Shown here: one piece after another, positions 27,271 through 38,029 of the stretch
How positions within the stretch are numbered: position 1 is the first letter of the stretch
Layout of the letters: each line of letters opens with the position of its first letter
The notes under the pieces: model-generated
What the model was told of the DNA's origin: nothing
What the model saw: only the letters and a program-made list of their open reading frames with translations
Databases searched by the model: none
Assembly: GCA_963825595.1 (NCBI GenBank)
Contig: CAWGUE010000001.1
Location: forward strand, 70,584 to 134,583
Length of the DNA stretch: 64,000 nucleotides
Direction: 5' to 3'
From: an uncultured delta proteobacterium
GTDB lineage: Bacteria; Desulfobacterota; Desulfobacteria; Desulfobacterales; SG8-13
Translations under genes and position numbers: made by a program

Positions 27271-28242
27271 CTATCCCGCTTTTTTCACTGCGGTTGAACA
27301 CGTCCGGTTGCGGCCGCTGTTTTTAGCGCGGTACATGGCGACATCAGCATTTCGAATGATCGCGGACCGATCGATGCCATCTTCTGGGTAGGAAGCGATG
27401 CCGATGCTCGTGGTAACTTTCCCCTGGGGTTGCGATTCGCAACCGCTGAATGGATAATTTTCAATCTGGATGCGCAACTTTTCAGCGACGATCTTGGCCC
27501 CCTCTTTTGATGTATCCGGAAGAATGATGACGAACTCCTCTCCACCATAACGGGCCACAATATCCGATTCCCTGACAAAACCGTGCAGGATACCGGCGAG
27601 TTGGTTCAGGAGGCGATCACCTTTTTGGTGGCCGTGGGTGTCGTTGTAACACTTGAAATGATCCAGATCGAAAAAGATCAACGAAAATAACCGATTCGTG
27701 CGCTGACAGCGTTTTATTTCCGCCTTCAGGAAATCCTGGAAGTACTGATGGTTGTAAAGTCCGGTCAGCGCATCGCGACAAGCCATCCGGTTCAGAATTT
27801 TGTTGGCGCTTTTGAGTTCGGCATTTTTTTTCTGCAGTGAATTGAGCAATTTACGGTTTTCCTTGATTAAACAAACCTTCTCTATGGCCCGCTTCACCGC
27901 CGCGGATATGATGCTGAGGTCCTCGAACGGCTTCAAGAGGTAATCGTATGCCCCATTGCGAAGGGCCTCCAAGGCGGTCTCGAGGGACGCAAAACTGGTT
28001 ATGATAATCACCTGCATATCCGGATAGCGTTCCTTGGTTATTTTCAGAAGTTCCAAGCCGTTGATTCCCGGCATTTTAATATCGGAAACCACGAGAGCAA
28101 ACGACTTCTGTTCCATGAATTCCAAGGCCTCTTCACCGCTGGCCGCCGCTGTGACGGCATAGCCGTCTTTCTCGAGTACCTGAGCAAGAACACTGCGTAT
28201 CGACATCTCATCATCGACAACCAGGATTTCTATTTTATCCAT
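27271..28242 (-). CDS. REC-GGDEF diguanylate cyclase
   Basis: 323 aa. ILVVDDE...VVSDIKMPGINGLE. RDALTGLYN, active site GGEEF, and an RxxD-like I-site upstream. Confidence 0.93.
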   Translation of the reverse strand: MDKIEILVVDDEMSIRSVLAQVLEKDGYAVTAAASGEEALEFMEQKSFALVVSDIKMPGINGLELLKITKERYPDMQVIIITSFASLETALEALRNGAYDYLLKPFEDLSIISAAVKRAIEKVCLIKENRKLLNSLQKKNAELKSANKILNRMACRDALTGLYNHQYFQDFLKAEIKRCQRTNRLFSLIFFDLDHFKCYNDTHGHQKGDRLLNQLAGILHGFVRESDIVARYGGEEFVIILPDTSKEGAKIVAEKLRIQIENYPFSGCESQPQGKVTTSIGIASYPEDGIDRSAIIRNADVAMYRAKNSGRNRTCSTAVKKAG

Positions 28243-28622
28243 CCGTTATCCTCCATCCTATGTATTGTCCCGAATTGGTTGTTACGAAAACCATATCGGC
28301 AGTTTATTTCAAAAGTTGAGCGCACCGAATGACCATATCGCCTTCCGAACCGGAAATTCCAGCCATTGCCTTGCTGAAGGCAATGTCGCATCCACGCAAC
28401 CGTCTCAGCAGTTCTTCCGCCGACCGCGTGTCCATCCATAATTATCCTTTTTCATGTAGGGTGGTTTTTGCCTCAATTTTTCAGTGAGGGGATACATCCA
28501 TATTCTAACAAATTAGAAGTTAAAGCTTTTTCAAACGATACCGATAAATACTTATGATACTCAATCGTTAGGGATCGTATTCAGTCTATCAAACAACAAT
28601 AAAATTCCCGCATGAAAGGTTA

Positions 28623-30176
28623 ATGATTATGCGCCTGCCTATGGCAACTATTCGCAGAGCAACCGGCGTCGCTATGGTGGTGACGGTTTTTTCGGTTATA
28701 GCGAACCTGGTTTTACCGGTGGAGGTGACCGGTGCGGATATGGCTTCTGCACCAGTAATAATGACCGATCAGGGCCACGGCTCAAAAATGGCCGCAAGAG
28801 ACTGACACTGGACGATTGCCTCAGCAAGGCAATGGAGCATAACCGCCGCCGACCGGCTTCCCGGTTTGCCGTAGCCATGGCGGAGGCCCAGCACCGCCAG
28901 GCACTGGCCGGGTATTGGCCGCAGGTAAATCTGAAGGGTGCATATCATCACATGGACGAAGCGCCTAATTTCCTGTTTCCATCCACTTCCATCCCTGTGC
29001 CGGGCGGGACGGCGATCATTACCGTACCCCCTGGTGTTCTCGGGCCGGAGCCGTGCAGCTTCCGGTGAGCATACCCCCTCAATCAATTGATACCCCAGAG
29101 CAGGATATCAAGCTGGCGGATCCAGACTCGTTCCTCGCATCCCTGAATGCCACGTGGCTGCTTTACGACGGCGGTATGCGCAAAGGGCTGCGCGAACAGA
29201 CCAAGGGCTGGCTGGAGGTGGTCAACCAGGAAGCCCGGCGTACGGACCTCGAGATCGCCGACAGTGTCAAACGGTTTTATTTTGGTGCCGTACTGGCACG
29301 GCAGCTTCATCAGGTCGGCAAGGACACGCTGGCGCGCATGGAAGCCACCCTGAGCCTGACCGAAATGATGTACAAAGAGGGTTCCGGCAGGGTAAAGAAA
29401 ACCGACTACCTCGATAACAAGGTGATGGTCGAAACGCTGCGATCCGCTGTGGCCTTGCTGGAGAAAAATGAGGAAATGGCCCAGGCGGCGCTGGCCAATA
29501 CCATGGGGCTTGTCGTGGAACTCGAACGTGATCCCCGCGGACCGGGACGTCCCCTTCGTTCCCTATACCGGTGAATCTTGAAAATATCGTCGGCACCGCG
29601 TATCGGTTCAGCCCGGACTGGGCTCAGGTGAAAGCCGGGATTCGGGCGGCGGAAGGCGCCGTTAAGACCGCCCGGAGCGGCCATTTCCCCAAGCTCGCAT
29701 TGACCGGCGATCTTCACAAGTGGTGGAACGACTATGATGCCGGAATGGCCACGGACCAGAACAAGGAAGGCTGGTCGGTCGGTGTCGGTATCGAAATCCC
29801 GATCTTCGACGGATTCCTGACTCGCAACAAAGTGAGCGCAACCCGGGCTCGGCTGGCCAAGATTACCGAAGAGCAATTTCTCCTCAAGGAAGGTATCGGT
29901 CTGCAGATCAAGGATATTTTTCTTGGCCTCGATGCCGCACGCAAGTCTGACCAGGCGACGCTCGACGCCATGTTGGCCGCCCGCGAAAACCGGGATCTGA
30001 ACACCCGCGCCTACCAGAACGAACTGGTGGAAACCGACAAGGTCATCCGCGCCCAACTCATCGAGGCGTTGATGTCTGCCCAGCACTATAAAACACGCTA
30101 CGACCACATTGCCCTACAGTCCCAGCTCAATCTGGTGGTGGGAACCGAAGTTCTCAAACAATTGCAAGCGAAATGA
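28623..30176 (+). pseudogene. TolC-family outer membrane efflux protein, reading frame broken at least 4 times
   Basis: Homology runs through four track ORFs in different frames (28623, 28832, 29053, 29571): LTLDDCLSKAMEHN, YWPQVNL, WLLYDGGMRKG, HFPKLALTGDL, GVGIEIPIFDG. Shifts fall near 28700-28790, 29044 (in a G run), 29507 (in a G run) and 29572. Either real decay or assembly error. Confidence 0.7.
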
Positions 30177-30210
30177 TCGCCATGCGAACCGCGAAAAAGA
30201 ATGGTGGAAA

Positions 30211-31224
30211 ATGACGCACGGCAACCATAAAAATTCGAAACGGCCTTTTCCACCGGGCAAGCGGATATCGACTTGTGTCAGGACGGGAATCGTCATCTGG
30301 CTGAGCGTTCTTTTCACTGCCGCACTCGCCGCGGCCCACGACAGCGACAATTGGCATGAGCCCGCTTCGGTCCATATCGCCCTATCTGGCGGTACTTTTG
30401 TGGAGGTCAACCCCAATGATGCCCAAGCGGCCGTGAAGGCGTGGGGCCAAACCATCCTGAAGCAGCGCGGCATTGTCACGGAAGTGGAAACCATGGTTTT
30501 TCAGAAAACAGAGGCGTTGGTCGAGGCGCTCAAAAACCGACAGGCGGATGCCGCGGCCATGCTCGCCGAGGAATTCATTCGAATGGAGGCAAAACCCGAT
30601 GCGGTTTTTCTTTCCTCAAGGAATAATTCGTTCACTGAACGATATGTCCTCCTCGTGCATCGCCATAGCGGCATCGACGCCGTCGACAAACTGCTGGGTC
30701 ACCAACTCGTGCTGCACCACAATCCGAAGACCAGTCTGGCATCAGCGTGGCTCGACACCCTCCTGGCCAGTCATGCATTGGGTTTTCCGGAGGAGGTGTT
30801 TGAGAGCATGACCCGGATTGAAAATGCCTCAAAGGCCGTCCTACGGGTGTTCTTTCGCCAGGTCGATGCCTGCATTGTCACCGCCAATGTCTTCGATATC
30901 GTCAGCGAACTGAATCCACAGGTGCGCAAGGATTTGCGGGTAATCGCCAGGTCCCCGGAAGTGATCCCCACCTTGTTTTTTTTCCGCCCCGATTATACCG
31001 CGGAAGTCAAAGGCAAGTTGGAAGACGCCCTCGTTGCTCTACACGAGACACCGGCAGGCCAGCAGGTGCTGATGATTTTCCAGGGCGAACGAATGGAGAA
31101 GCACCCCATTGCATGCCTTGAAAGCAGCCAACAGTTGCTGGAAAAAGCCGACCGCTTGAGGCGGCGCAGCAGCACCGGGGAAAAGCCACATCTCTCAAAG
31201 GTGAACGACAATGCCAAGAACTGA
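30211..31224 (+). CDS. PhnD-like periplasmic substrate-binding protein, paralog 1
   Basis: Start moved to MTHGNHKN at 30211. Signal/anchor IVIWLSVLFTAALAAA. Shared paralog motifs VFF...DAC.V....FD...ELNPQ and LHE.PAGQQ.L..F. Confidence 0.78.
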   Translation: MTHGNHKNSKRPFPPGKRISTCVRTGIVIWLSVLFTAALAAAHDSDNWHEPASVHIALSGGTFVEVNPNDAQAAVKAWGQTILKQRGIVTEVETMVFQKTEALVEALKNRQADAAAMLAEEFIRMEAKPDAVFLSSRNNSFTERYVLLVHRHSGIDAVDKLLGHQLVLHHNPKTSLASAWLDTLLASHALGFPEEVFESMTRIENASKAVLRVFFRQVDACIVTANVFDIVSELNPQVRKDLRVIARSPEVIPTLFFFRPDYTAEVKGKLEDALVALHETPAGQQVLMIFQGERMEKHPIACLESSQQLLEKADRLRRRSSTGEKPHLSKVNDNAKN

Positions 31225-32161
31225 CAAGAACCCCGTCATCGATGTCGGAAAGGCCTGTCAATACCTGTTTGTGCTGGTACTGCTGTTGGTTGCTTCGGCC
31301 TGGCACCCGGGGCAGGCCGCAGAGCTGAAACCTCGCGTTTTGCGGGTCGGATTCACTAAGACCTGCTTTCAAGGCGTAAACAAGAACGATGCGGAGGCTT
31401 CGTTCAAGACCTTTCTGGCGACAGTCGGGCTCCAGCGCGGATATGAGCTCGAGCCTATTGTCGAGATCTTCGATGCTCTACCGACCTTTGTAACGGCAAT
31501 CAATGATGGGAAAATCCAACTGGCGGTTATCGATCCTTGGCAATATCTGTCGATGGATATACGCAAAGTAATGCCCCCCTATTTCACCCCCGTACCAAAG
31601 GACGATGTGGGCAGAAGCTATGCGATACTGACACGCAGTGGGAGCGAGTTTCACACGTTGGGCGATCTCCGGGGTAAGGATTTTGTACGACTGGAAATAG
31701 GTGCAGCCACCATGGGGCAACCATGGCTCAAAACACTTCTGCTGGTAAATGGTTTCGGAACGCAGGAGCGTTTTTTCGGCAAAATTGATATTGTCACGAA
31801 ACCATCTTTAGCCGTGCTGCCGGTCTTCTTCGGCAACAAGCACGCCTGTCTGGTGGACATGCTGGGTTTCGATGTCATGAAAGAACTGAATCCCCAACTC
31901 GGGCTCAAACTCCAGGTCATCGCCAGATCAGAGCCATACATAGACGACGTAATCTGTCTTTCTAAAAAAGGGTGGACTTCTGAAAAACACAAACAGGACG
32001 TCATACAATCGTTGGCAGATTTGCATCTTGAACCGGCAGGGCAGCAAATCCTTACCATATTCAAAACCGCTAAACTGGTTCCCTTCCAGGAGGCACAGTT
32101 GGACACGGTGAAGAAACTATGGGCAACACACGAAAACATACAAAGAAAGGTCCAGCCGTGA
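31211..32161 (+). CDS. PhnD-like periplasmic substrate-binding protein, paralog 2
   Basis: 316 aa. Signal peptide ...LLLVASAWHPGQAAE. LRVGF, AVLPVFFGNKHACLVD, MKELNPQ, LHLEPAGQQIL. Overlaps the paralog 1 stop. Confidence 0.82.
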   Translation: MPRTDKNPVIDVGKACQYLFVLVLLLVASAWHPGQAAELKPRVLRVGFTKTCFQGVNKNDAEASFKTFLATVGLQRGYELEPIVEIFDALPTFVTAINDGKIQLAVIDPWQYLSMDIRKVMPPYFTPVPKDDVGRSYAILTRSGSEFHTLGDLRGKDFVRLEIGAATMGQPWLKTLLLVNGFGTQERFFGKIDIVTKPSLAVLPVFFGNKHACLVDMLGFDVMKELNPQLGLKLQVIARSEPYIDDVICLSKKGWTSEKHKQDVIQSLADLHLEPAGQQILTIFKTAKLVPFQEAQLDTVKKLWATHENIQRKVQP

Positions 32162-33105
32162 GAATCCTCTCAGCCGGATCCTTGGGGTGCGTGGCTGCAG
32201 GAATCGGACTGCTGCTGGCCCTGCTGTGGGTCGTCCCGTCGGGGGCGGAAGAACTGAACAGCGGATTGAAGCCGGCGTCTATTATCAGTGGGATTCACCC
32301 GGGCCGCGTTTCTGAACATGAACCCCACCGACGTGGAGGCCGCTTTCGCAGTCTTGGCCCAGACGGTCGGTCGTAAACGCGGCTACCATGTCACTTCAAC
32401 GACGCGGATCTTCGATGACACCACGGATTTCGAAACAGCGATTAAAAACGGGGCCGTCAACCTGCCCATCTTTGACGCCTGGACCTATCTGTCGATGAAC
32501 ATCGGACGGCGGGTAACACCGTTTTACGTCAGTTCGGAACAGGGAAAAGTGGGGAAACAATATGTCGTCTTAACCCATCGCGGAAGCGGTTTGAACACTC
32601 TGGTTAATCTGCGCGGCAAAAACATTGCGGCACTGGAAACCGCCAACACGACACTCGGGCTTGCCTGGCTCGACACCCACCTGCGGACGAAACCGCCTGG
32701 GAACCTGTGCGACATTTTTCAATCAGGCCGAAAGTGTCGGGAAGCCTTCCGCGGCCGTTCTGCCGGTGTTTTTCGGCAAAAAGGACGCCTGTGTGGTGGA
32801 CACTGCGAGTTTTGACGTTATGAAAGAGCTGAATCCGCAGGTGGGCAAAGAACTTCAACGTGTGGTCGTATTCAGAATCTTTTGTAGATGCCTTCATCTG
32901 CGTTAGCAATTTGGGTTGGTCCTCCGAAGAGTTCAAACGGGATTTGATTCAGGCACTGGGCGAACTGCACCTCGAACCCGCGGGGCAGCAACTCCTCACC
33001 CTGTTCAAGACCAGTCAACTCGTTCCGTTCAAGGAATCGCATTTAGAGACCGTGAGGACATTGCGGACGACCTACAACACGTTGCGGACAGAGCACAAAC
33101 CGTGA
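32158..33105 (+). pseudogene. PhnD-like binding protein, paralog 3, with three +1 frame disruptions
   Basis: GTG at 32158 overlaps the paralog 2 stop (GTGA). Homology to paralog 2 continues through frames 1, 2, 0 and 1 (track ORFs 32119, 32288, 32625, 32860). Single-base insertions fall near 32281, 32690 (in an A run) and 32866. Confidence 0.7.
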
Positions 33106-35103
33106 AAACAAACGCTGTCAAGAAAAAGCGCATGGGCATCAAGTTGCGGACGGCCCTCTTGTCCTGGCTGGTGACAATCGTCACGCTATTGATCTTCGTC
33201 AGTGTGATCATTCCGGAGCAAAAGCATACATTCCTTGAGAACTTGGACTCCAAGGCCCACGGTGTCGCTGTAGCTTTGCGGGATGTGGCGGCCGGGTCCG
33301 TCGTCAATGCGGATTTCAGCACCGTTGTCGACCACTGCATGCAAATCCTGGCCGGTGACACCTCGATCGACTACCTTGTGGTCACACGCAATGACGGCTT
33401 CTCGCTTCTTCACGATCGTTCGGGATGGCGTCAGGAAGAAAAGTTGTCACCAGACTGGCATCCCGCGCAACGCTCGGTTAAAAGCGGCATCGATTTCATT
33501 TCATCGTTCAATCGGCGTGTCTTCAACTACTCGCAGCCGTTCGACTATTCCGGCATTGAGTGGGGATGGATTCACGTGGGCCTGACCCTTGACAGCTATG
33601 ATCGCAGCGTGGCGACGGTTTATTGGCGTACCATTATGCTGGCGGTCATCTGCATCGTGATCAGCTTCATCGCCTCCGTTGTATACGCCAAGCGACTCGT
33701 GCAGCCCATCCTGGTTCTTCGGACCGTTGTCCAGAAAATCGCCGGCGGCGACCTGTCAACGCGGGTCAATATCAATAGCGGCGACGAGTTGGGCAATCTG
33801 GCCGGCTCTGTCAACACAATGACAGAAGCTCTTCTGAAGAAAGACAATATCCTGGAGAGTGTCCGTTTTTCCGCCCAGCAGTTCCTGAGCACTTCGAACT
33901 GGAAGGAAATCATCGCAGAAGTATCTGGAAAAAATCGGCCGGGCAGCGGCTGTCGATCGCGTCTATGTTTTCGAAAATCATATGGACGAGGATGCGAACC
34001 TGCTGACTTCGCAGCGGTACGAATGGGCTTCAGAAAACACTCATTCGCAGCTCAACAATCCCAATCTTCAGAGTTTTCGATGGTACGGCACCGGTTTCGA
34101 TGATTGGGCGGAGGTTCTAAAGCGGGAAGAGATCATTTCATGCCTGTGTCCGCGAATTGGACGCACCGCAGCGAGAGTTTTTCGAACAACAAGGCATCAA
34201 ATCGATCATCTTGGCACCCATCGTGGTGGATAACAGTTGGTGGGGGTTCCTTGGTCTTGATGAATGTTTACACGAGCGCGAGTGGACGGATGCAGAACAG
34301 GACAGCCTGCGAGCGGCTGCGGATATTCTCGGCGCCGCTATCTCAAGACAGCAAACACAGGATGCGCTGCTGAACGCCAAGCAATTGGCCGAGGCGGCCA
34401 ATCAGGCCAAGTCACAATTCCTGGCCAATATGAGTCACGAGCTTCGCACCCCGTTGAACCATATCATCGGATTTTCCGAGATGATATATGACAAACACTT
34501 CGGAGACTTGAACCAGACCCAGGAGGGCTACGTAAAAAATGTCATTGAAAGCGGCCGGCACCTGCTCTCGCTCGTGAACGACATATTAGATCTTTCCAAG
34601 GTCGAAGCCGGCAAGCTCGAGTTCGAACCATCACCGTTTAATCTCAAAAATGTCCTGCAAAATAGCCTGGTCATGGTGAAAGAAAAAGCCATGAAACACA
34701 ACATTCAGTTGGCGCTTGATATAGACGGCGTACCGGATACGATAACAGCCGATGAGCGCAAGCTAAAGCAAGTCCTCTATAACCTTCTGTCCAATGCCGT
34801 TAAATTCACCCACGACGGTGGAAGTGTTCGTGTTGGCGGCGAATTTGTCTGAGTTAAACGGATTGCATCGAAGTCTCTGTAACCGACACCGGTATCGGTC
34901 TGAAATCAGATGAAATCGCCCGCGTCTTTAAACCCTTTGAACAAGCCGAAGGATCACACGGCCGCAAATACCAGGGCACCGGATTGGGATTGTCTTTATC
35001 AAAAAAATTGGTTGAGTTGCACGGCGGTCGGATTTGGGTCGAAAGCGACGGTAAAGACCAAGGCAGCCGGTTCATTTTCAGTATTCCTGTCCTCGCTAAC
35101 TAG
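33102..35103 (+). pseudogene. Sensor kinase (TM, periplasmic domain, HAMP, GAF, HisKA, HATPase_c) with about five +1 frame disruptions
   Basis: GTG at 33102 overlaps the upstream stop (GTGA). The protein can be followed through frames 0, 1, 2, 0 and 1: HAMP ...IAGGDLSTRV...; GAF ...WWGFLGLDEC...; H-box MSHELRTPLNHIIGF; then after 34850 DCIEVSVTDTGIGL...GTGLGLSLSKKLVELHGGRIWVESD. Shifts near 33924, 34137, 34848 and 34858. Confidence 0.72.
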
Positions 35104-35301
35104 TGCCCATCCAGGATTGTTGAAAAAATCGATGGACACATGTGTCAGTGTCCGATTCAAAAATGAGAATTTTTTTCACTGGGCAAGGCCGCATCCCGCC
35201 ATAGGCGGGATTTACGGCGAGGATACTTATGGTGCACCGCAGCCAGAATCATGAGGAGAACACCGCACAGAGGATAAAACGGAATTTATGGATGGACACT
35301 A
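35101..35301. mobile_element. MITE-like element, family D, copy 2
   Basis: Termini tagtgcccatcc / ggatggacacta. The interior is collinear with 16331-16518. Its first three bases (tag) serve as the stop codon of the decayed kinase. Confidence 0.65.
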
Positions 35302-35326
35302 TCTCGGTTATCGGGATCGGGGACAA

Positions 35327-35555
35327 ATCTCAGCCGCCATATCCGATACGATTACGGCCGATAGCCACAAGACCAAACAGGTTATTTGTAACCTCCTGGC
35401 CAACGCCTTAAAATTCACAACGGATGGCGGCAGCCTTCGAATCTCAGCGAAATAACCAAACAATTAGAGGAACTGCACAGGGGGCGATTCTGGGCCGAAA
35501 GCAACGTGCAAAATGACCGGAGCTGGTTCACCCTTACCCTGCCGGTGAGATCACC
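35327..35555 (+). pseudogene. Remnant of a histidine kinase ATPase domain
   Basis: Translates to ISDTITADSHKTKQVICNLLANALKFTTDGGSLRI followed by a stop, then ...LEELHRGRFWAESN...SWFTLTLPV. These match the N-box and G2 regions of the neighbouring kinases, with the middle deleted. Confidence 0.55.
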
Positions 35556-35709
35556 CGCGGCTCTGGATGGATTGGCACTTCGTATCGACAACCTACCAAA
35601 ATTTCAAATAAAAATTGAAAATTCCAGGCCATTGTAATATAATTACATAACTTTGTATTACATTTATTGCATTTAATCCTCACCTTATGGCTGAACGATA
35701 CGCACGACC

Positions 35710-38028
35710 ATGGGCAATACCCGAAATATAATTATTAACTTTTTAGCGCGTAAATTTCCTATCGGCGATGAAATCAGCGCGGATTTCGATTACAAGAACA
35801 AACTGATCATGCTGTATATCATCTCTGTGGTTGCTGTCGCCACCCTGGTGCCTTTGGGAATTCTGGCCCATTTTCAGCACAACACGACGCTCGGCCTCTT
35901 CGATCACCTTGTTGCGCTAATATTGGTAATCAACCTATTTTACATCGTTAAAACAGGAAAGCTCCAAATACCGATCATCATCGGTATTTCGATCTCCGGG
36001 GCACTGTTTGTTTATCTGTTCATGACCGGCGGCGTCAACAATACCGGCCACCTCTGGTATTACACGTTTCCCCTTTTTGCGGCCTTTCTGCTGGGCTTCA
36101 AGGGCGGGGCGATTGCCACCGGCATATTATTCGCCATTGCGATCGCTTTTATCGTAATCAGCCCCCAGAATCCCCAATTATTCACAACTTACGATAAAGA
36201 GTTCGTTATTCGATTTTTTCCTTCATTCCTGGTCGTCTTCGCCTATGCCTATACTTTCGAGAAATTACGAGAGGGTGCCAACAGCAAATTGATATCGAAG
36301 AATACCGAGCTCGAGCAGGTGGTCGCATCTCTCAAAGAAAAAGAAAATGCCCTGGCGAAGGCCCACGAGACCCTCGAGGGCAAGGTGCAGAATCGCACTG
36401 AAGAACTATCCAGAATCAACGCCGAACTTCAATCATCCCACAAACGGTTTACGACCGTTCTCGACAGTATCTCGGCCAATATTTATGTCGCCAATATGGA
36501 TACCGATCAAATTTTGTTCATGAACAAGCACATGCAGGACGAATTCGGCGGAAACTTTGTCGGACAAAAGTGTTTTATAGCACTCAAGAATCTTGATAAA
36601 CGCTGCAGTTATTGCCCGAATCCAATCCTCGTCGATGCGGATGGAACACCCACAACAGGCTTCATCTGGGAAAATTTCAATGAGATAACCCAGAGATGGT
36701 ATCTAAACAACGATCGCGCCATCAATTGGGTGGACGACCGGATGGCGCGTTTGCAAGTTTCCATTGATGTGACAGAGAGAAAAAAAGCGGAACAGGCGGT
36801 GCGAGAAGTCAATGAAGAGCTCGAGAAACGGGTTGCCGAGAGGACAATCGAACTGGAAAGAAAGAACGCGCTGTTGTCCACCGAAGTAGAGGAGCACGAA
36901 AAAACCGAACGAGAATTGCGCCAGAGCCAGGAGAGATTTCGCCAGGCGGTCGAAAATTCACCCAATCCTGTTTTTACTGTTGATGAGGAAGGACGGATCA
37001 GATCCTGGAACAAATCCTGTGAGATCGCTTTCAGATATCCGCAGGATGTCATAAGCAGGCCCTTCACTTTCTTATTTGGGGATGGCGAAAACCAGGCGCT
37101 GGCTGATAGCCTGCTCGGCGCTGTCTTTCAGGGTAAGAAACTCGCAGATGTCGAGCTCTGCTACAAATGTGAGGATGGCGAGCGGCGCTTCATGGTCTCC
37201 CGCGTATACCCGGTGTTCGATCAACATGGTGGTGTCGATCACTGCGTATTTGCCAACACGGATATCACCGAGCGCAAACATGCGGAGATTGAAATCAGGG
37301 AAGCCATGGAAAAGGCCGAGGCTGCCAATCGCGCCAAGAGCGATTTTCTGGCCAATATGAGCCATGAGCTTCGCACCCCGTTGAATCACATCATCGGGTT
37401 TACCGAATTGATTGTCGATAATCGTTTTGGAGAATTAAATGCGAAACAGGAGAAATACCTGACCAATGTAATGCAGAGCGGTCAGCACCTGTTGTCTCTC
37501 GTAAATGATATCCTCGATATTTCAAAGGTTGAATCCGGAAAACTCGAGATGCAACCAGCGCCTGCCGATTTAAAACACATTATGCAAAACAGCTTGATCA
37601 TGGTCAAAGAGAAAGCCCTCAAACACGGCATCCGGTTATCTCTGGATACCGACGGCATTCCAAAGTCAATCATGGCCGATGAACGCAAACTGAAGCAAAT
37701 TCTCTATAATCTACTGGCCAATGCCGTCAAATTCACACCGGATGGTGGAAGCGTGAATTGCATCGCTATCCATTCGGGATCGAACGGAAATATCGAAGTT
37801 TCGGTGACCGACACCGGTATCGGTATCTCTGCGGCTGACCTGAAGCGCATATTCGATCCTTTCGAGCAGGTCGAAGGATCGATCAGCCGCCGCTTTCAAG
37901 GCACCGGCCTGGGTTTGTCTTTGACCAAAAAGCTGGTCGAACTGCACGGCGGTAGAATTTGGGCTGAAAGCGACGGTGTGGGAAAAGGCGCCGCCTTTCG
38001 GTTTACGATCCCTTTACTGGTAAATTAG
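35710..38028 (+). CDS. Membrane sensor histidine kinase (about 6 TM, coiled coil, two PAS, HisKA, HATPase_c)
   Basis: 772 aa. MSHELRTPLNHIIGF, ILYNLLANAVKFTPDGGSV, DTGIGI, GTGLGLSLTKKLVELHGGRIWAESD. About 70 percent identical by eye to the C-terminal half of the decayed kinase at 33102. Confidence 0.93.
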   Translation: MGNTRNIIINFLARKFPIGDEISADFDYKNKLIMLYIISVVAVATLVPLGILAHFQHNTTLGLFDHLVALILVINLFYIVKTGKLQIPIIIGISISGALFVYLFMTGGVNNTGHLWYYTFPLFAAFLLGFKGGAIATGILFAIAIAFIVISPQNPQLFTTYDKEFVIRFFPSFLVVFAYAYTFEKLREGANSKLISKNTELEQVVASLKEKENALAKAHETLEGKVQNRTEELSRINAELQSSHKRFTTVLDSISANIYVANMDTDQILFMNKHMQDEFGGNFVGQKCFIALKNLDKRCSYCPNPILVDADGTPTTGFIWENFNEITQRWYLNNDRAINWVDDRMARLQVSIDVTERKKAEQAVREVNEELEKRVAERTIELERKNALLSTEVEEHEKTERELRQSQERFRQAVENSPNPVFTVDEEGRIRSWNKSCEIAFRYPQDVISRPFTFLFGDGENQALADSLLGAVFQGKKLADVELCYKCEDGERRFMVSRVYPVFDQHGGVDHCVFANTDITERKHAEIEIREAMEKAEAANRAKSDFLANMSHELRTPLNHIIGFTELIVDNRFGELNAKQEKYLTNVMQSGQHLLSLVNDILDISKVESGKLEMQPAPADLKHIMQNSLIMVKEKALKHGIRLSLDTDGIPKSIMADERKLKQILYNLLANAVKFTPDGGSVNCIAIHSGSNGNIEVSVTDTGIGISAADLKRIFDPFEQVEGSISRRFQGTGLGLSLTKKLVELHGGRIWAESDGVGKGAAFRFTIPLLVN

Positions 38029-38029
38029 T

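Noticed and set aside
28230-28439. 69-aa minus-strand ORF upstream of the REC-GGDEF gene
   Set aside because: No RBS and a Trp/Arg/Gly-rich composition. It overlaps the start of the diguanylate cyclase gene and is probably promoter region.
30109-30210. Upstream start of binding-protein paralog 1 as given in the track
   Set aside because: The extension overlaps the TolC-like 3' end and lacks signal-peptide character. MTHGNHKN at 30211 is followed by a proper membrane anchor or signal.
35633-35647. Perfect 15-bp palindrome tgtaatataattaca upstream of the 35710 kinase gene
   Set aside because: AT-rich palindromes arise easily in promoter DNA. There is no second copy and no associated regulator, so it is not called as an operator.
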